This document shows, piece after piece, positions 36,931 to 49,491 of a DNA stretch of 64,000 nt. Every line of letters starts with the position of its first letter. The stretch's first letter is position 1. The notes under the pieces are model-generated. The model was given only the letters and a program-made list of their open reading frames with translations, was not told the DNA's origin and made no database searches. Made by a program: the position numbers and the translations under genes. Origin of the DNA: Ancylonema sp. Its lineage: Eukaryota. The stretch covers positions 1-64,000 of the forward strand of contig JBFLGF010000112.1 in the NCBI GenBank assembly GCA_050230475.1, given 5' to 3'.

Positions 36931-39356
36931 CATCCTGAGCACGAGGGTCCAGCATCAGAAAGTGGGGTGGACACACAGGAGAGGGGAGAGCCTAGGCACA
37001 GCAACAGGGAGAATCGAGTTGTACCACCACTTCGGTTCATCGAGGCCTATATTGCAAGTGCAGCAGATGCAGGAGCGGATCAAAATCCTCAGTCAGTTCG
37101 AGAAGCTCTTCAGGGGGAGCACAAGGAGGAGTGGCAACAAGCGATGAACAGTGAGATGGCAAGCCTGAAAGAAAATGGGATCTATGAGCTGGTAGATAGG
37201 CCCAAGGGAAAGAAGGTGGTGAAATCAAAGTGGGTTTTTTCAGGGTGAAAAGACAAATGAGAAGGGGGAGATAGACAAATATAACGCGAGGGTGGTGGCG
37301 AAGGGGTACAGCCAGGTGGAAGGAGTGGATTATGATCAGACTTTTAGCCCCACAGTCAGATTCGAAAGTATTCGAGAGACACAACTGGTGGCCATGGGGG
37401 CATCAAAGGGGTTAGAAATGCATCAAATGGATGTAACTACCGCGTTTCTGTACGCACCACTGGAGGAGGTGGAGTATATGGAGCAGCCGGAGGGGACAGT
37501 CGAGGAGGGGAATGAGAGCAAGGTGATGAGGTTGCTAAAGTGCCTGTATGGACTTAAGCAATCTCCTCGACAGTGGAACATCTGCATCGACACCGTTTTG
37601 CAGCAGCTGGGGTTTGTGAGACTCAAATCAGATGTGGGCATCTATGTCAAGGGAAAGGGGGAGGAGGCGGTGTACATTGCACTTTATGTCGGACGACCTG
37701 TTCATGGTGGGGATGAAGCTGGTAAAAACATCGACGATGTGGTGAAGCAGGGGCTGGGAAAGGAGTTCAAGATGAAAGATCTGGGGGTAGCTAGCACGTT
37801 TCCTGTTGGGGAGAGAAATTCGTCGACAACAGGAGAATGGGGATGTTCTCCTTCTCCGTGTGCAAGAAAAATATGCACGTGATGTCATCAGTCGTATTAA
37901 CATGGAGGGGAGCAAGCCGGTGTCGACACCCTGAGAGCTGGGGACTCATCTCGATTCGTCACAGCAGCCGACTACCGATGTCGACAGAGAGCAGAAGATG
38001 TGGTGCAGCATTCCCTACAGATCGGCAATCGGCAGCCTGATGTATCTGTCGACATGCACCAGGCCTGACATTTCAGCAGCAGTTTCCGAACTCAGTAAGG
38101 TTCAGTCAGAACCCTGGAGCTGCACATTGGGAGGGGGGTTAAAAGGGTTCTTCGGTACGTCAATGGCACAGGGGGGAGTGGCTGCTGTATAAGAGGGGAG
38201 CACAGGTGGCAGTTGGGGGGTACTCCGACTCAGGGCATGCAGGCGATAGAGAAACATCCAGAGGGCGTTCTGGTTACATTTTTCTTAGTGCTGGTGCTGC
38301 AATCTCTTGGAGGAGCTCTATGATGAAGGTGGTGTGTCACAGCAGCTGTGAGAGCGAATACGTGGGCCTGAGTGAGTCGGGCAATGAGGCGTTTTACTTG
38401 ATTCAACTTCAGGGTGAACTTGGGGTAGGCAATTCAAGTGTACTCCTGTATGGAGACAATGAATCATCCCTGAAGTTGGCAGAGAATCCGGTTGTCCATC
38501 AGCGGTCAAAACACATTTTGCTCAAGTACCATTCGCTCAGGGACAGGGTAGAGTCGGGTATCATCGAGTTGTGCAAGGTGGATACTGGTTTGAATGCAGC
38601 AGATATGATGACTAAGAATGTCGGTGTAGGAATTCTGAAAGTGTGCAAGCAGCTTGCTGGGATGATTTCTAGTGGCTAAAAGTTGTCGATGGAGGTCGAT
38701 GGATGTTGCTGGGAGGGGGAATGTGAAGTATTCAGCAACATAGGTGTATATTAATATAGGATTACTTTAGCCGGCCAAAGTTGCCGTAATAGAGTGTGCG
38801 AACTTTTGGCGTTTTTCGGTTTGGTGTGGTTTGGTTACTTTTCGTGTCTATGTCATGAAGTTACGTTTTGGTTTGAGTTTGATTAGTTTTATGACACGTG
38901 TCGATAATCTCAACGTATTTAGAATGATTGATTGTATCGGAATGATAGTAATAATGTTTAGTAGTTGTGTCAGACGTGGCGTAATCAGCTCGGCGCGCAT
39001 GGTGACTCAATCTTAGAAGATTGGTATTTGATGGTTTAGATTGCTCGTTCGGGTAATCTAGGATTCATAATCATTTGGAACTGATTGGAACTTGGGAACT
39101 TGTTTGCGTCTCAAGGTCAATTTTTTGGTTAGATTCAGATTATCTCACACAATGGGTATAGAGACGATCCTTCTCCTTTGCCTTTGTGGATTTTAACTTT
39201 TGCTTTTACATGAAAGAAGCTACGTGCAGCGCAAAAATGTGTATGAGTGTGCGATGAGTATGTGAATAAGTATACGACTATTGAGTAAGAGTCGTGGTTG
39301 AGTTGAGTTTAAGTTTATTAGAGTTGTGTTGAGTTGACGCCTCAATGGCGTTATCA

Positions 39357-39590
39357 GAAATTTTGCAATGGCGGCAGATTAACTGACGTAGCATGTGGAA
39401 GTGAAGGTGCTGGGGATAGGCAAGGGGCTGATGGGAATGACTAGTGGCTAGAGATTAGCCAAAAGTCTGAGAGAGGGATTGTAGGAATTGGCAGCCATTG
39501 GGCCAGGTTCCTAGTCCGGTTTGAATATTCAGTCCGGCTGTAGGCGGGACTGAGTACGTACTCATGTGTTTTGCATTTAAACCGTGTCAG
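39357..39590 (+). mobile_element. Right fragment of older copia C (RNase H end, PPT, start of LTR)
   Basis: FAMAAD*LT*HVEVKVLGIGKGLMGMTSG* parallels element B NAADMMTKNVGVGILKVCKQLAGMISSG*. Then GAGAGAGGGAT and TGTAGG at 39480; the right limit is approximate. Confidence 0.75.
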
Positions 39591-40106
39591 TGCCGAACGT
39601 TGATTGGTCGTTTAAGTCCAAATCAGCCGGATATGCTGATTGGCGCTTTCGAACACGTGTAATGTTGCAAGCGCATTTCGAGACGTGAATGTATTGAGTA
39701 GATTTGGCTCTTTACTGTGTTCGCCGAATTTGTCCAAGGTCTGAGCTACAGACCTTGGCGCGGTAATTGATCGAACTTGCAATTCATGTCGCACCGATCT
39801 GCTTGACGGTGCGCATATTCAGTGTCTGGGCACTGGTTCGAAATAGCATTCGCGGATAAATCATCCTTGTAAAGACGGATGTTTCAGTGCGCTGCACAGC
39901 GGCGCGAAAAAATAACTGGTTGCGCGAGAAAAAGTAATCATGTCCCAGGCGAGAGCAACTCACCGCGAGGCTACCGCCCGCGTCAGTCTCGATCACTCGC
40001 TTTGAAATAGAAATCCAATTGAGGCCTCAAAGTTGATTGGATTTCACTTTAAAGTCGGAGGATCTTTTAAAGTCGTCGTTACAGGGGAAAAAGTGAATGG
40101 TCATCC

Positions 40107-43100
40107 ACCATGGAAATATGGCTGAACTGGCGTGACACATCGACCCTTGATTTCGTATCGAAGTTTGTCGTGTATATGGCGATGTAATTGGTGTGCATAG
40201 CGCCTGACGACTCTGCACGTGGAAGTTCTTCGGTTCTGATGCCGTTCGTTTTTAAACGTACCCCTCGCTCCGCCAATACATCACGACCGCCGCCACGTGA
40301 CAGTATTGATAGCTGCTGCGTATCATTTTAGTTTGCGGGCTAAAATATCCCACCGCCCAACTACCTGCTATCGCTGGCTGTGACTGCAAACTCTGATATG
40401 GGAATATTGTCCCTGAAGTTATTTCCACCATTTACCGCTTAACTTGCCAATCAGGCAATCTCTGTCACTTAGACAGCATCCCACATCCCTGCCAAATTTC
40501 TCGACTGGATACTTGATCGCGTGGGCGTCCGGTATACATTACATTTTTCAAATGGCCTCAACTTGCTGAGTATGACGTCAATTCAAGCTTGGTATCTAGA
40601 CGCTCCTTATCGAGAGTTGCTAGGCCTTTTGGAAAAATCATGGTGAGAGGCAGAGAGGCAGAGATCGCTCACAATCTTGCCCGGCCACGTCAGTCTGCGA
40701 TTTTCTGCCTAGGCGTTGTTCTTATCTGCATCGCTCGACCACCATCAGCCACTGCACAATTTCCCCTCAAATTTCCTCCCACATGTGCTCCAACTGACTG
40801 TAAGATTTCTGCACGTGCGCACCCTTAACCGAAGCCGTGTTGTTGGGAGGCGGAGTGACGAGTATCTATTTTGTATGGGGGGTCTGTGGGAAGTAGAGTA
40901 CACATCAGAGTTTTCCAGGTGGGGCCAAACAGTGTGTGTGAAGTTCTATAAAACTGGTGTTGTTGTAACGATCGTGTAGCACTCCTGATTGGTACTTGAG
41001 GCCTTCTGGCTTTCTCTGTCATGGGCGGCAGTCGCTGTTCAATTGTCGCCCACCTTCAGCGGAGTGGTCTGGAAGGGGTGGGGCACTTCACTCTCCTGGG
41101 TAAACCTCTTTCTTTCATCCATGCGCACAGTGGCTAGGCTCTGAAGAAACGAGTACACTGTTCCTGTTCGGCACGCATGACTGCCAGATGGCACTCTCAC
41201 CTGCTGACACCTATCCCATCTCTGGCAGTTCGGCAACTGGGCTGGGGGCCTACCTGCCGCCCAGAGACACATCCTTCTGGACCTCATTTTCAACAAGACC
41301 ACCGGACTGGGATTCAACATCGCTCGATATAACATTGGGGGGGGGGGCACGCCTGCAAGCGTGGGGGCCCGCTTTGCCGCCATGCCCTGGAGGTTGACAC
41401 CCGGATTCAAGGCATCTCCTGAGGCGCCTTACAATTGGAGTCAGGATGTGTTTCAACGGACCACGTTGCTCGATGCGATGGCGATGGGAGTGAGTGACAT
41501 CGAGGCCGTCAGTTACAGTCCCCCTGCTTGGATGACTGTGTCCGGAGACAACACCGGGGCGTTCACTGTTGGGGCTGACAACTTGGCGCGCGCGAATTTC
41601 TCGGCGTTTTCTATGTACCTGCGGGACGTGGTGGAGGCGTACCAGACTCTCTACAACATCACTTTCTCCTCCATCAGTCCCACCAACGAGCCTCTGGAGG
41701 GGTGGTGGGTGTCTGGCAGCAACCAGGAGGGGTGCAATCTGAGCCCTTCATCTGTGGCAGCCCTCCTATCAGTGGTGCGGTACACGTTCGCTTCCGCCGG
41801 TCTAAAGATTCGCATCGCTGCCGTGGACAGCTGGGAGACTATGAGTTTGACAGCGTTGGTGCGCGATTCGGCGCGGGTCGCTGCGAATGTGGACACGGTT
41901 TCGGTGCACGGGTACACGCCCGACACAAGCCAAAGCTACGACTCCGCCAGCAGCGGCAGACTTGCGCTCGCCGGTTTTGCCCGTTAGATCGGCAAAAGGG
42001 TGGCTATGAGCGAGTGGGGCCCGCAGAACATAGGGGGGAGCTACCTGCAAACCGCCCTCGTCATGGCGGCGCACATCAGTTTGGATATGAATCTCTTGGA
42101 AGTAGTGAGCTGGAGCTACTGGCAGGCCCTGGAGAAGACCATGGAAATATGGCTGAACTGGCGTGACACATCGACCCTTGATTTCGTATCGAAGTTTGTC
42201 GTGTATATGGCGATGTAATTGGTGTGCATAGCGCCTGACGACTCTGCACGTGGAAGTTCTTCGGTTCTGATGCCGTTCGTTTTTAAACGTACCCCTCGCT
42301 CCGCCAATACATCACGACCGCCGCCACGTGACAGTATTGATAGCTGCTGCGTATCATTTTAGTTTGCGGGCTAAAATATCCCACCGCCCAACTACCTGCT
42401 ATCGCTGGCTGTGACTGCAAACTCTGATATGGGAATATTGTCCCTGAAGTTATTTCCACCATTTACCGCTTAACTTGCCAATCAGGCAATCTCTGTCACT
42501 TAGACAGCATCCCACATCCCTGCCAAATTTCTCGACTGGATACTTGATCGCGTGGGCGTCCGGTATACATTACATTTTTCAAATGGCCTCAACTTGCTGA
42601 GTATGACGTCAATTCAAGCTTGGTATCTAGACGCTCCTTATCGAGAGTTGCTAGGCCTTTTGGAAAAATCATGGTGAGAGGCAGAGAGGCAGAGATCGCT
42701 CACAATCTTGCCCGGCCACGTCAGTCTGCGATTTTCTGCCTAGGCGTTGTTCTTATCTGCATCGCTCGACCACCATCAGCCACTGCACAATTTCCCCTCA
42801 AATTTCCTCCCACATGTGCTCCAACTGACTGTAAGATTTCTGCACGTGCGCACCCTTAACCGAAGCCGTGTTGTTGGGAGGCGGAGTGACGAGTATCTAT
42901 TTTGTATGGGGGGTCTGTGGGAAGTAGAGTACACATCAGAGTTTTCCAGGTGGGGCCAAACAGTGTGTGTGAAGTTCTATAAAACTGGTGTTGTTGTAAC
43001 GATCGTGTAGCACTCCTGATTGGTACTTGAGGCCTTCTGGCTTTCTCTGTCATGGGCGGCAGTCGCTGTTCAATTGTCGCCCACCTTCAGCGGAGTGGTC

Positions 43101-44168
43101 TGGAAGGGGTGGGGCACTTCACTCTCCTGGGTAAACCTCTTTCTTTCATCCATGCGCACAGTGGCTAGGCTCTGAAGAAACGAGTACACTGTTCCTGTTC
43201 GGCACGCATGACTGCCAGATGGCACTCTCACCTGCTGACACCTATCCCATCTCTGGCAGTTCGGCAACTGGGCTGGGGGCCTACCTGCCGCCCAGAGACA
43301 CATCCTTCTGGACCTCATTTTCAACAAGACCACCGGACTGGGATTCAACATCGCTCGATATAACATTGGGGGGGGGGGCACGCCTGCAAGCGTGGGGGCC
43401 CGCTTTGCCGCCATGCCCTGGAGGTTGACACCCGGATTCAAGGCATCTCCTGAGGCGCCTTACAATTGGAGTCAGGATGTGTTTCAACGGACCACGTTGC
43501 TCGATGCGATGGCGATGGGAGTGAGTGACATCGAGGCCGTCAGTTACAGTCCCCCTGCTTGGATGACTGTGTCCGGAGACAACACCGGGGCGTTCACTGT
43601 TGGGGCTGACAACTTGGCGCGCGCGAATTTCTCGGCGTTTTCTATGTACCTGCGGGACGTGGTGGAGGCGTACCAGACTCTCTACAACATCACTTTCTCC
43701 TCCATCAGTCCCACCAACGAGCCTCTGGAGGGGTGGTGGGTGTCTGGCAGCAACCAGGAGGGGTGCAATCTGAGCCCTTCATCTGTGGCAGCCCTCCTAT
43801 CAGTGGTGCGGTACACGTTCGCTTCCGCCGGTCTAAAGATTCGCATCGCTGCCGTGGACAGCTGGGAGACTATGAGTTTGACAGCGTTGGTGCGCGATTC
43901 GGCGCGGGTCGCTGCGAATGTGGACACGGTTTCGGTGCACGGGTACACGCCCGACACAAGCCAAAGCTACGACTCCGCCAGCAGCGGCAGACTTGCGCTC
44001 GCCGGTTTTGCCCGTTAGATCGGCAAAAGGGTGGCTATGAGCGAGTGGGGCCCGCAGAACATAGGGGGGAGCTACCTGCAAACCGCCCTCGTCATGGCGG
44101 CGCACATCAGTTTGGATATGAATCTCTTGGAAGTAGTGAGCTGGAGCTACTGGCAGGCCCTGGAGAAG
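40107..44168 (+). repeat. 2031-bp tandem segmental duplication (40107-42137 = 42138-44168)
   Basis: Identical ORFs at a constant 2031 offset; junction GGAGAAG|ACCATGG. Confidence 0.95.
40640..42218 (+). pseudogene. 3'-truncated copy of the GH30 gene
   Basis: Same exons as the 42671 copy shifted by -2031, with TAG at 41985-41987. After YWQALEK it runs into duplicated upstream DNA and stops at 42218. Confidence 0.8.
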
Positions 44169-44816
44169 AGCAACAACCAGTGGGGGCTGGTGCAGTCTCG
44201 CTATTCGTTAGCGTACAACGGGGGGTTATATAACGGCCCCCTCGTGTACAACATCACCAAATCGTACTACGTGATGATGCAGTACTCCAGGTGGATCACT
44301 CCCGGCATGTGGCCCATTCGCATCAACCACGGGTGTCAGATGGGTGTGGTGGCTGCCTACAGCGCCCATCTCAAGCGCCTCGTCATTGTCATCCAGAGCC
44401 AGCAAGACTACTCCACCGAAATCTCCCTCCAACTCGAAGGGTTCAAGCGTGTGGGGCGCTTCTGCCCGGTCTCCTCATTCCGGACTTCTCTCTCCGAAAA
44501 CCATACCACCCTCGACGCTTCTCGCTGGAAGCTCCCAGGAAATTTCTTGGTCGAAGTGCCCCCCCGGTCAGTCACCACGTGGGTGGTTTCGGGAGTGAGG
44601 GTGCCCTCCACCATCTGCACCCCATCCAACTCCAGATACTGTTTCTCCCCTCCACCACCCTCACCCCCCCCTCCTCCTCCCCCTTCCCCTCCCCCCTGTC
44701 CCACCCCCGCTGAGCCCCCTTCCTTCGCGCCGGCAAGTGGCCCCTCGCTCGCCCCTGCAGCACATATACCCAAATTTTACCCCACACCGCCGGGGCTTTT
44801 ACCTCGCAAGCCGTGA
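42671..44816 (+). pseudogene. Glycoside hydrolase family 30 (endo-beta-1,6-galactanase-like) with signal sequence and Ser-Pro(n) tail; one in-frame TAG
   Basis: Exons 42671-42830, 43063-43130, 43260-44816 are phase-consistent. Motifs WKGWGTSLSW, GLGFNIARYNIGG, SPPAWMT, NEP (acid/base), SEWG (nucleophile), WSYWQA and TKSYYVMMQYSRWI. TAG at 44016-44018. Tail [17 protein letters not shown]. Confidence 0.85.
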
Positions 44817-45847
44817 GCAAAGCTTGTGTTATGTTAATTATGTGAAAGTGGTCAAACTGCTAGGCGATGATGAGCACAAAGTGCACCAAATACAGATGCA
44901 ATGGGCATCATCAACTACGCCCTTGTTTCGATCTTTTCCCCACATGTTCGAATGTTAGTGGAACATTCGGTAGAGTAATACATCATATTTGTGTTGACAT
45001 TAAATGTTATGCATTTGCACATATATATTTACACATACGTACATTCTCGGATGTGTAGAGATGTATCGAGTAGATGAGGTGTTTGCAGATTTTGATTGTT
45101 TTCCTTTTGGCGAGTATTAATGGCGGGTATTGCGGATCATTCGTGTAGAGTACATACATCTATAGGTACCTCACCTATTCAATATTTATAAACTAAATCG
45201 ATTACACTGTTCATGACTAAAGTGTGTTAGCAACATGATATGATGGACATGTAAAGGTGCAGCACATATGTGGTAAAATCTATCGAGTCAATGTCTCTCA
45301 TAATAAACAGAACAAATTCTCATCTTCCACTCCCACTCTCACCTCATATCCTCTCATCCTCACTAGAACAAAATCAATTTTAATTTGGCTGCAAGCCATT
45401 ACTTCCCAAGTTGTGTGATACAGAATCAACACTTCTAAGCACCTACCACACATTATGTTCATGTACCATTGAGAAACACACAAAGTGTTGAGTGCTTCTT
45501 GCTTCATGCCCCACATCCGCACATATCTGTATCGCCACTAGTCTTCCAAAATATGAAAACCCAAGCTACGTTTTTCTTTTCTACCGATGCCAAAATGACC
45601 TTATTTCCAAATGTACATGAACCATCGTAAACTGGCTTTCGTTCTTTACTAGACTACAAATCCTCCAGCTCCACGATTTCAGCCCTTTCCCCCGCCATCC
45701 TTCTATCCCATCTTCCCATCATTTCTCGGATTCTCGAATGCGATGAGCATTTTTCCCACCGCCAATCCACACACAATGCATGGTGCTCGCCCCCCCTCCC
45801 ACCCCCTAAAGCACTTCACAAACTGTGGGCCCTACTTGATGAGGCAC

Positions 45848-48796
45848 CTACAAATCATCATCACTCTGTCCCTCAATCTCTTTTGCTTCCCTCATGACGT
45901 CATCCACCATCACCGGCAGTGCAGTGGCAATCGATTTGTGGGCCGCCACTCCGATGGCCACTGAGAGTAGGCCCTCTCTCAGGCTGACAGCTGGCGGGAT
46001 GGCTCCGTGAGATTGAACGGCTTTGATAAAGTCCAGGTGCTCGAGGTAGCTGGAGCCGTGGTGCAGCCCCTCGTATCTGGTACCGCAACACAGCCGGGGG
46101 GGTGTAGGGTAGAGGGACACTCTTATCAGAGGCAGTGCGCAGTCAGCATACCCCGAATTCGAACCTCAACATCAAGAAGAAAATGAAAAAACATCATTTT
46201 TTCCAAACTTAGTGTCTTCATCACCCGATCAACATGCTTGCCTCCACCTAAGTCAGGAAAAAAGACGCCCCCCCCCCCCCCTTACTTGATTCGGTCATCG
46301 TGAACTTGAATGGTCTGCACCCCTTCCCTCCCCCCTGCCCGAGATCCGATTCGCACAACACCCTCCGGCACTAGAGCCTCGACCTGCGCGGAGGGGCAAG
46401 GAGCGATGTGAAAAGAGGGTAGCAAGGCAGCAAAGAGAGTAAAAGGACGGTCCTAAGGCTGAGTGCACATTTGTGACCTTTTCGCAGCATCGCGTACAGA
46501 CTTGGATCATTTTTTTTCGAGATGCGCACGTCCGGTCACCTCCCCCAGGTCCACACCCCCTGCGGACTAGTCTTACCTTCCCAGAGGCTCCCACCACTGA
46601 TATCTCCTGCTCGTTCTGAGAACCTTCCGCGAACATGCAGAGGTCGAGCACACCCCGACCCCCTCCCTCATACTCGACGATCACATATGCGTTGTCCAGA
46701 ATGTCGGATTTCTGGAGGCACACAGAGGCGTCAGTTAGCGGCACACATCAGTTATGGACGAAAGAAAAATCGAAATCTGAGATGAAGGTCATATTACAGC
46801 TACCCAGGCATACATCCACAAATTCACACATTCACACATTCACACATTCACACATTCACACATTCATGCACCTATGCGTATACGTGTCATTGCATGTACC
46901 CATTTCCCTGTGTTATTTGTCACCCCTCACCTCCTCGCCGTAAACTTCGTCGAGATGGTTAACCGCTTGTGACCCGGAGGCGAGGACCCGCTTCGGTTTC
47001 CTCCCCATAATGAGAGTCATAAGGTCGAAGAAATGGCAACACTTTTCCACGAGGGTGCCGCCGGTATTGCGATTGAAGCGGTTCCAGTTATTCACCTGGA
47101 ATAAGGAAAAAAAAAAATAGGATTATCAGAAGAGAGAGGGCGGGAGGAGCAGATATCGTAGACAATAGATACCACCCCATATGACATCTTCAAAAACAAT
47201 GTCAAATATAGGCATGCATGTATACTTACACCGTTACCGAGAAAGCAGTCGCCATCTCACCTTCACCAAGAAGGGGAAGCGGTGTTCTCGAATGGCAACC
47301 ATGTGGACGCGCCCCACGCTGCCCTTCTTCACGTCCGCCAGGAGGCGGGCGACAGGTGGCATGTATCGGTACTCCAACCCAACCTGGACGAGGACGTCTC
47401 TGCGGGCCTGGGCTGCTGTCAGCACCTGGACAGGCAGGAGAAAATAACAGAGGGCAAGAAGATGAGAGATTCTGGAGGGGCAAAATTTTGTGTGCAGGAA
47501 GTCCGTGCTTGCATCGATGCAAACACTGACTTCCCTCTGCAGTTCATACAACATTTTCTGATACGGAATCAGCATGACTGTCGGAAAACATGTCCATAAC
47601 ATCACCTGATATCTACAACAACATCTACAAAAATTATGTTACGACATCCCCCGCACCTGCTCGCACTGCTCCACATTGATGCACAGCGGTTTCTCTACCA
47701 ACACATGATGACTGCGCGGGTGACTCAGCACGTCCAACAAGATGCTGAAATGTGTCATGTTGGGAGTGGCCACGATGACGACATCACACACACCAGAGTC
47801 CAACAGAGTTTTGTGGTCACGAAACTCCTGAAGGAGAGGGGGGGGGGGTGGCGGGGGGGGGCTGAATAATATTGAAGAGGGGGCGAGTCGATCACAACTC
47901 GGAGCCGTGCAGATGAGGGGCCGGTGGGAAGGCGGACTGGATTGTGTTTCTGAGAAAAGGCGGTGGACTTGAGGAGGCGAGGAGAGAAAAGTGCCACGTC
48001 AGAGAAGCCTGATCGCCGAAGAGGAGTGCATCCCTTTTGCTGGACCAGACTCTCTCCTGTCTCTTCTACCCCCTTCCGCCCCTCTCTCTTAACTAAACAA
48101 AGAAAATGCACATAACATGCTAGACGGAGCTTGCCATTCGGCCAATCAGTCGCCTTTGTCCGGTCACGCTCTCAGCCATGCAGAGAGATAAGTTCACATC
48201 GTGATCGCCAGAGATAGATGAGAAAATCTACTATCCTCTCCCGCTAAGAGCCTGCTGCGAATCAGATCGGGTCCACAGGCCACATTAACTCACCCAACTG
48301 GTCTCTCGCATCAATTCCTCACTAGAAGAACGTAGTATCCATACCGACAGGAATAGAACTGTCCCTGACGTTCAAACGAACATTCTGAAAACAATTCACC
48401 CTTCCTGACCTGAAGTGCTGGATCACGGATTGCGTTGATCGCCCTCTCGCGCGACTGCTCGTTGGTATCAGCAATGGCTGTGATTCGAGCTCCTCCGACA
48501 GCCGCCAGATTGTACACGTGTTCCACGCCCATCATTCCCGTACCAATAATTCCGTACCGCACTGTATCACTCAAAAGGGCCTCCGCCCCTGAGGCTGCAC
48601 CCCGCACGGACGCGTCTGTGCCTGCATCGAGGCACAGCCGCTTGCTCATTCCTGGCGGGACACATGTGTAGGCCGCATGTGGGGTGGTTAATTCTAAAGG
48701 CGAGCTGTGTGGACTGCGCAGTGCCTCTGCGCTAAGGGCTGCTTGATGGAGTTGCTCAGCAATTTGCGCCCCTCTCTCCACCGGACAGGCGGCCAT
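45848..48796 (-). CDS. Gfo/Idh/MocA family NAD(P)-dependent oxidoreductase (myo-inositol 2-dehydrogenase-like); 7 exons
   Basis: Exons 48796 (start uncertain)-48410, 47827-47657, 47425-47261, 47095-46931, 46711-46577, 46383-46286, 46076-45848. Motifs [39 protein letters not shown] and HHGSSYLEH. Confidence 0.92.
46822..46867. repeat. (ATTCACAC)n octamer microsatellite in an intron
   Basis: About five to six units are visible. Confidence 0.85.
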
Positions 48797-49491
48797 TGGA
48801 GTACTAAACGTGGGCGAGGGGGAGCATACGGCGCCGCGGCATGCCACATGGCGCTCGGATTCGTAAATGAGGCGCCCGCATGCTTGCCCGCTGGGCTTGC
48901 GTGGGCGGCAGGCCTCCGACGAAGTCACCTCGACGGACCCCATTCTCCGCTGCCACCAAATCAAACAACCACGCGCTTCATAAGACTGACCCTGCCATCA
49001 TTCTCCTCGATGTTCCGCAGTCGAAATCGCGTAACTATTCGCAGCTACGGGGTGTACAAATCTACACAGCTGATGGCCGGAGACGAGGTGCCCTATCAGA
49101 AGATGCCCGATGCAGTGCACGAACACAGATGGCAGAGAGGGGTCGGTGTGTCGGTCGTGCGGTCCGACGGGCGTCGTCGGAAGTGGCATCGGAGGAAAGC
49201 ATAGGGGGGGCGCATATGCCGTGTGCACAAAGGCGTTTGATGCAGAGCGGCAAACTCTTCTGTCCCATTGCACTGTTTTTACGGGTGCTCGCTCCCTCGT
49301 AGACGGAATTCGAGTGTGTTAGGACAGGTTCAATGAACGACAGGCATTTTTGCAATGAGACGCAAAATAATGCTGGCACACGACGGAACCTGGACATTTG
49401 TCTGCTTCCAGGTGTTTCCTTCATGGCAATTTGCTTGGCGATACACGTGTAGAGTATAGAATTGGTCTATATATATATTAGGCAGGAACTT

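Larger units (their letters stand above)
25543..39356 (+). mobile_element. Tandem Ty1/copia array LTR-int-LTR-int-LTR (element B)
   Basis: LTRs 25543-26199, 30590-31222, 38722-39356. PBS TGGTCTCAGAGC follows LTR1 and LTR2; PPT GGGAGGGGGAA precedes LTR2 and LTR3. Near-TSD TAAAT/GAAAT. gag, protease (WVCDSGADYH), integrase (RSDNGGEY, PQSNGIAER), RT and RNase H are present. Confidence 0.95.

Noticed and set aside
44016..44018. Alternative genetic code (TAR = Gln) as the explanation for the GH30 TAG
   Set aside because: DUF819 and GT92 end in TAA, and STE1 and fibrillin in TAG, at the expected C-termini, so TAR is a stop here.
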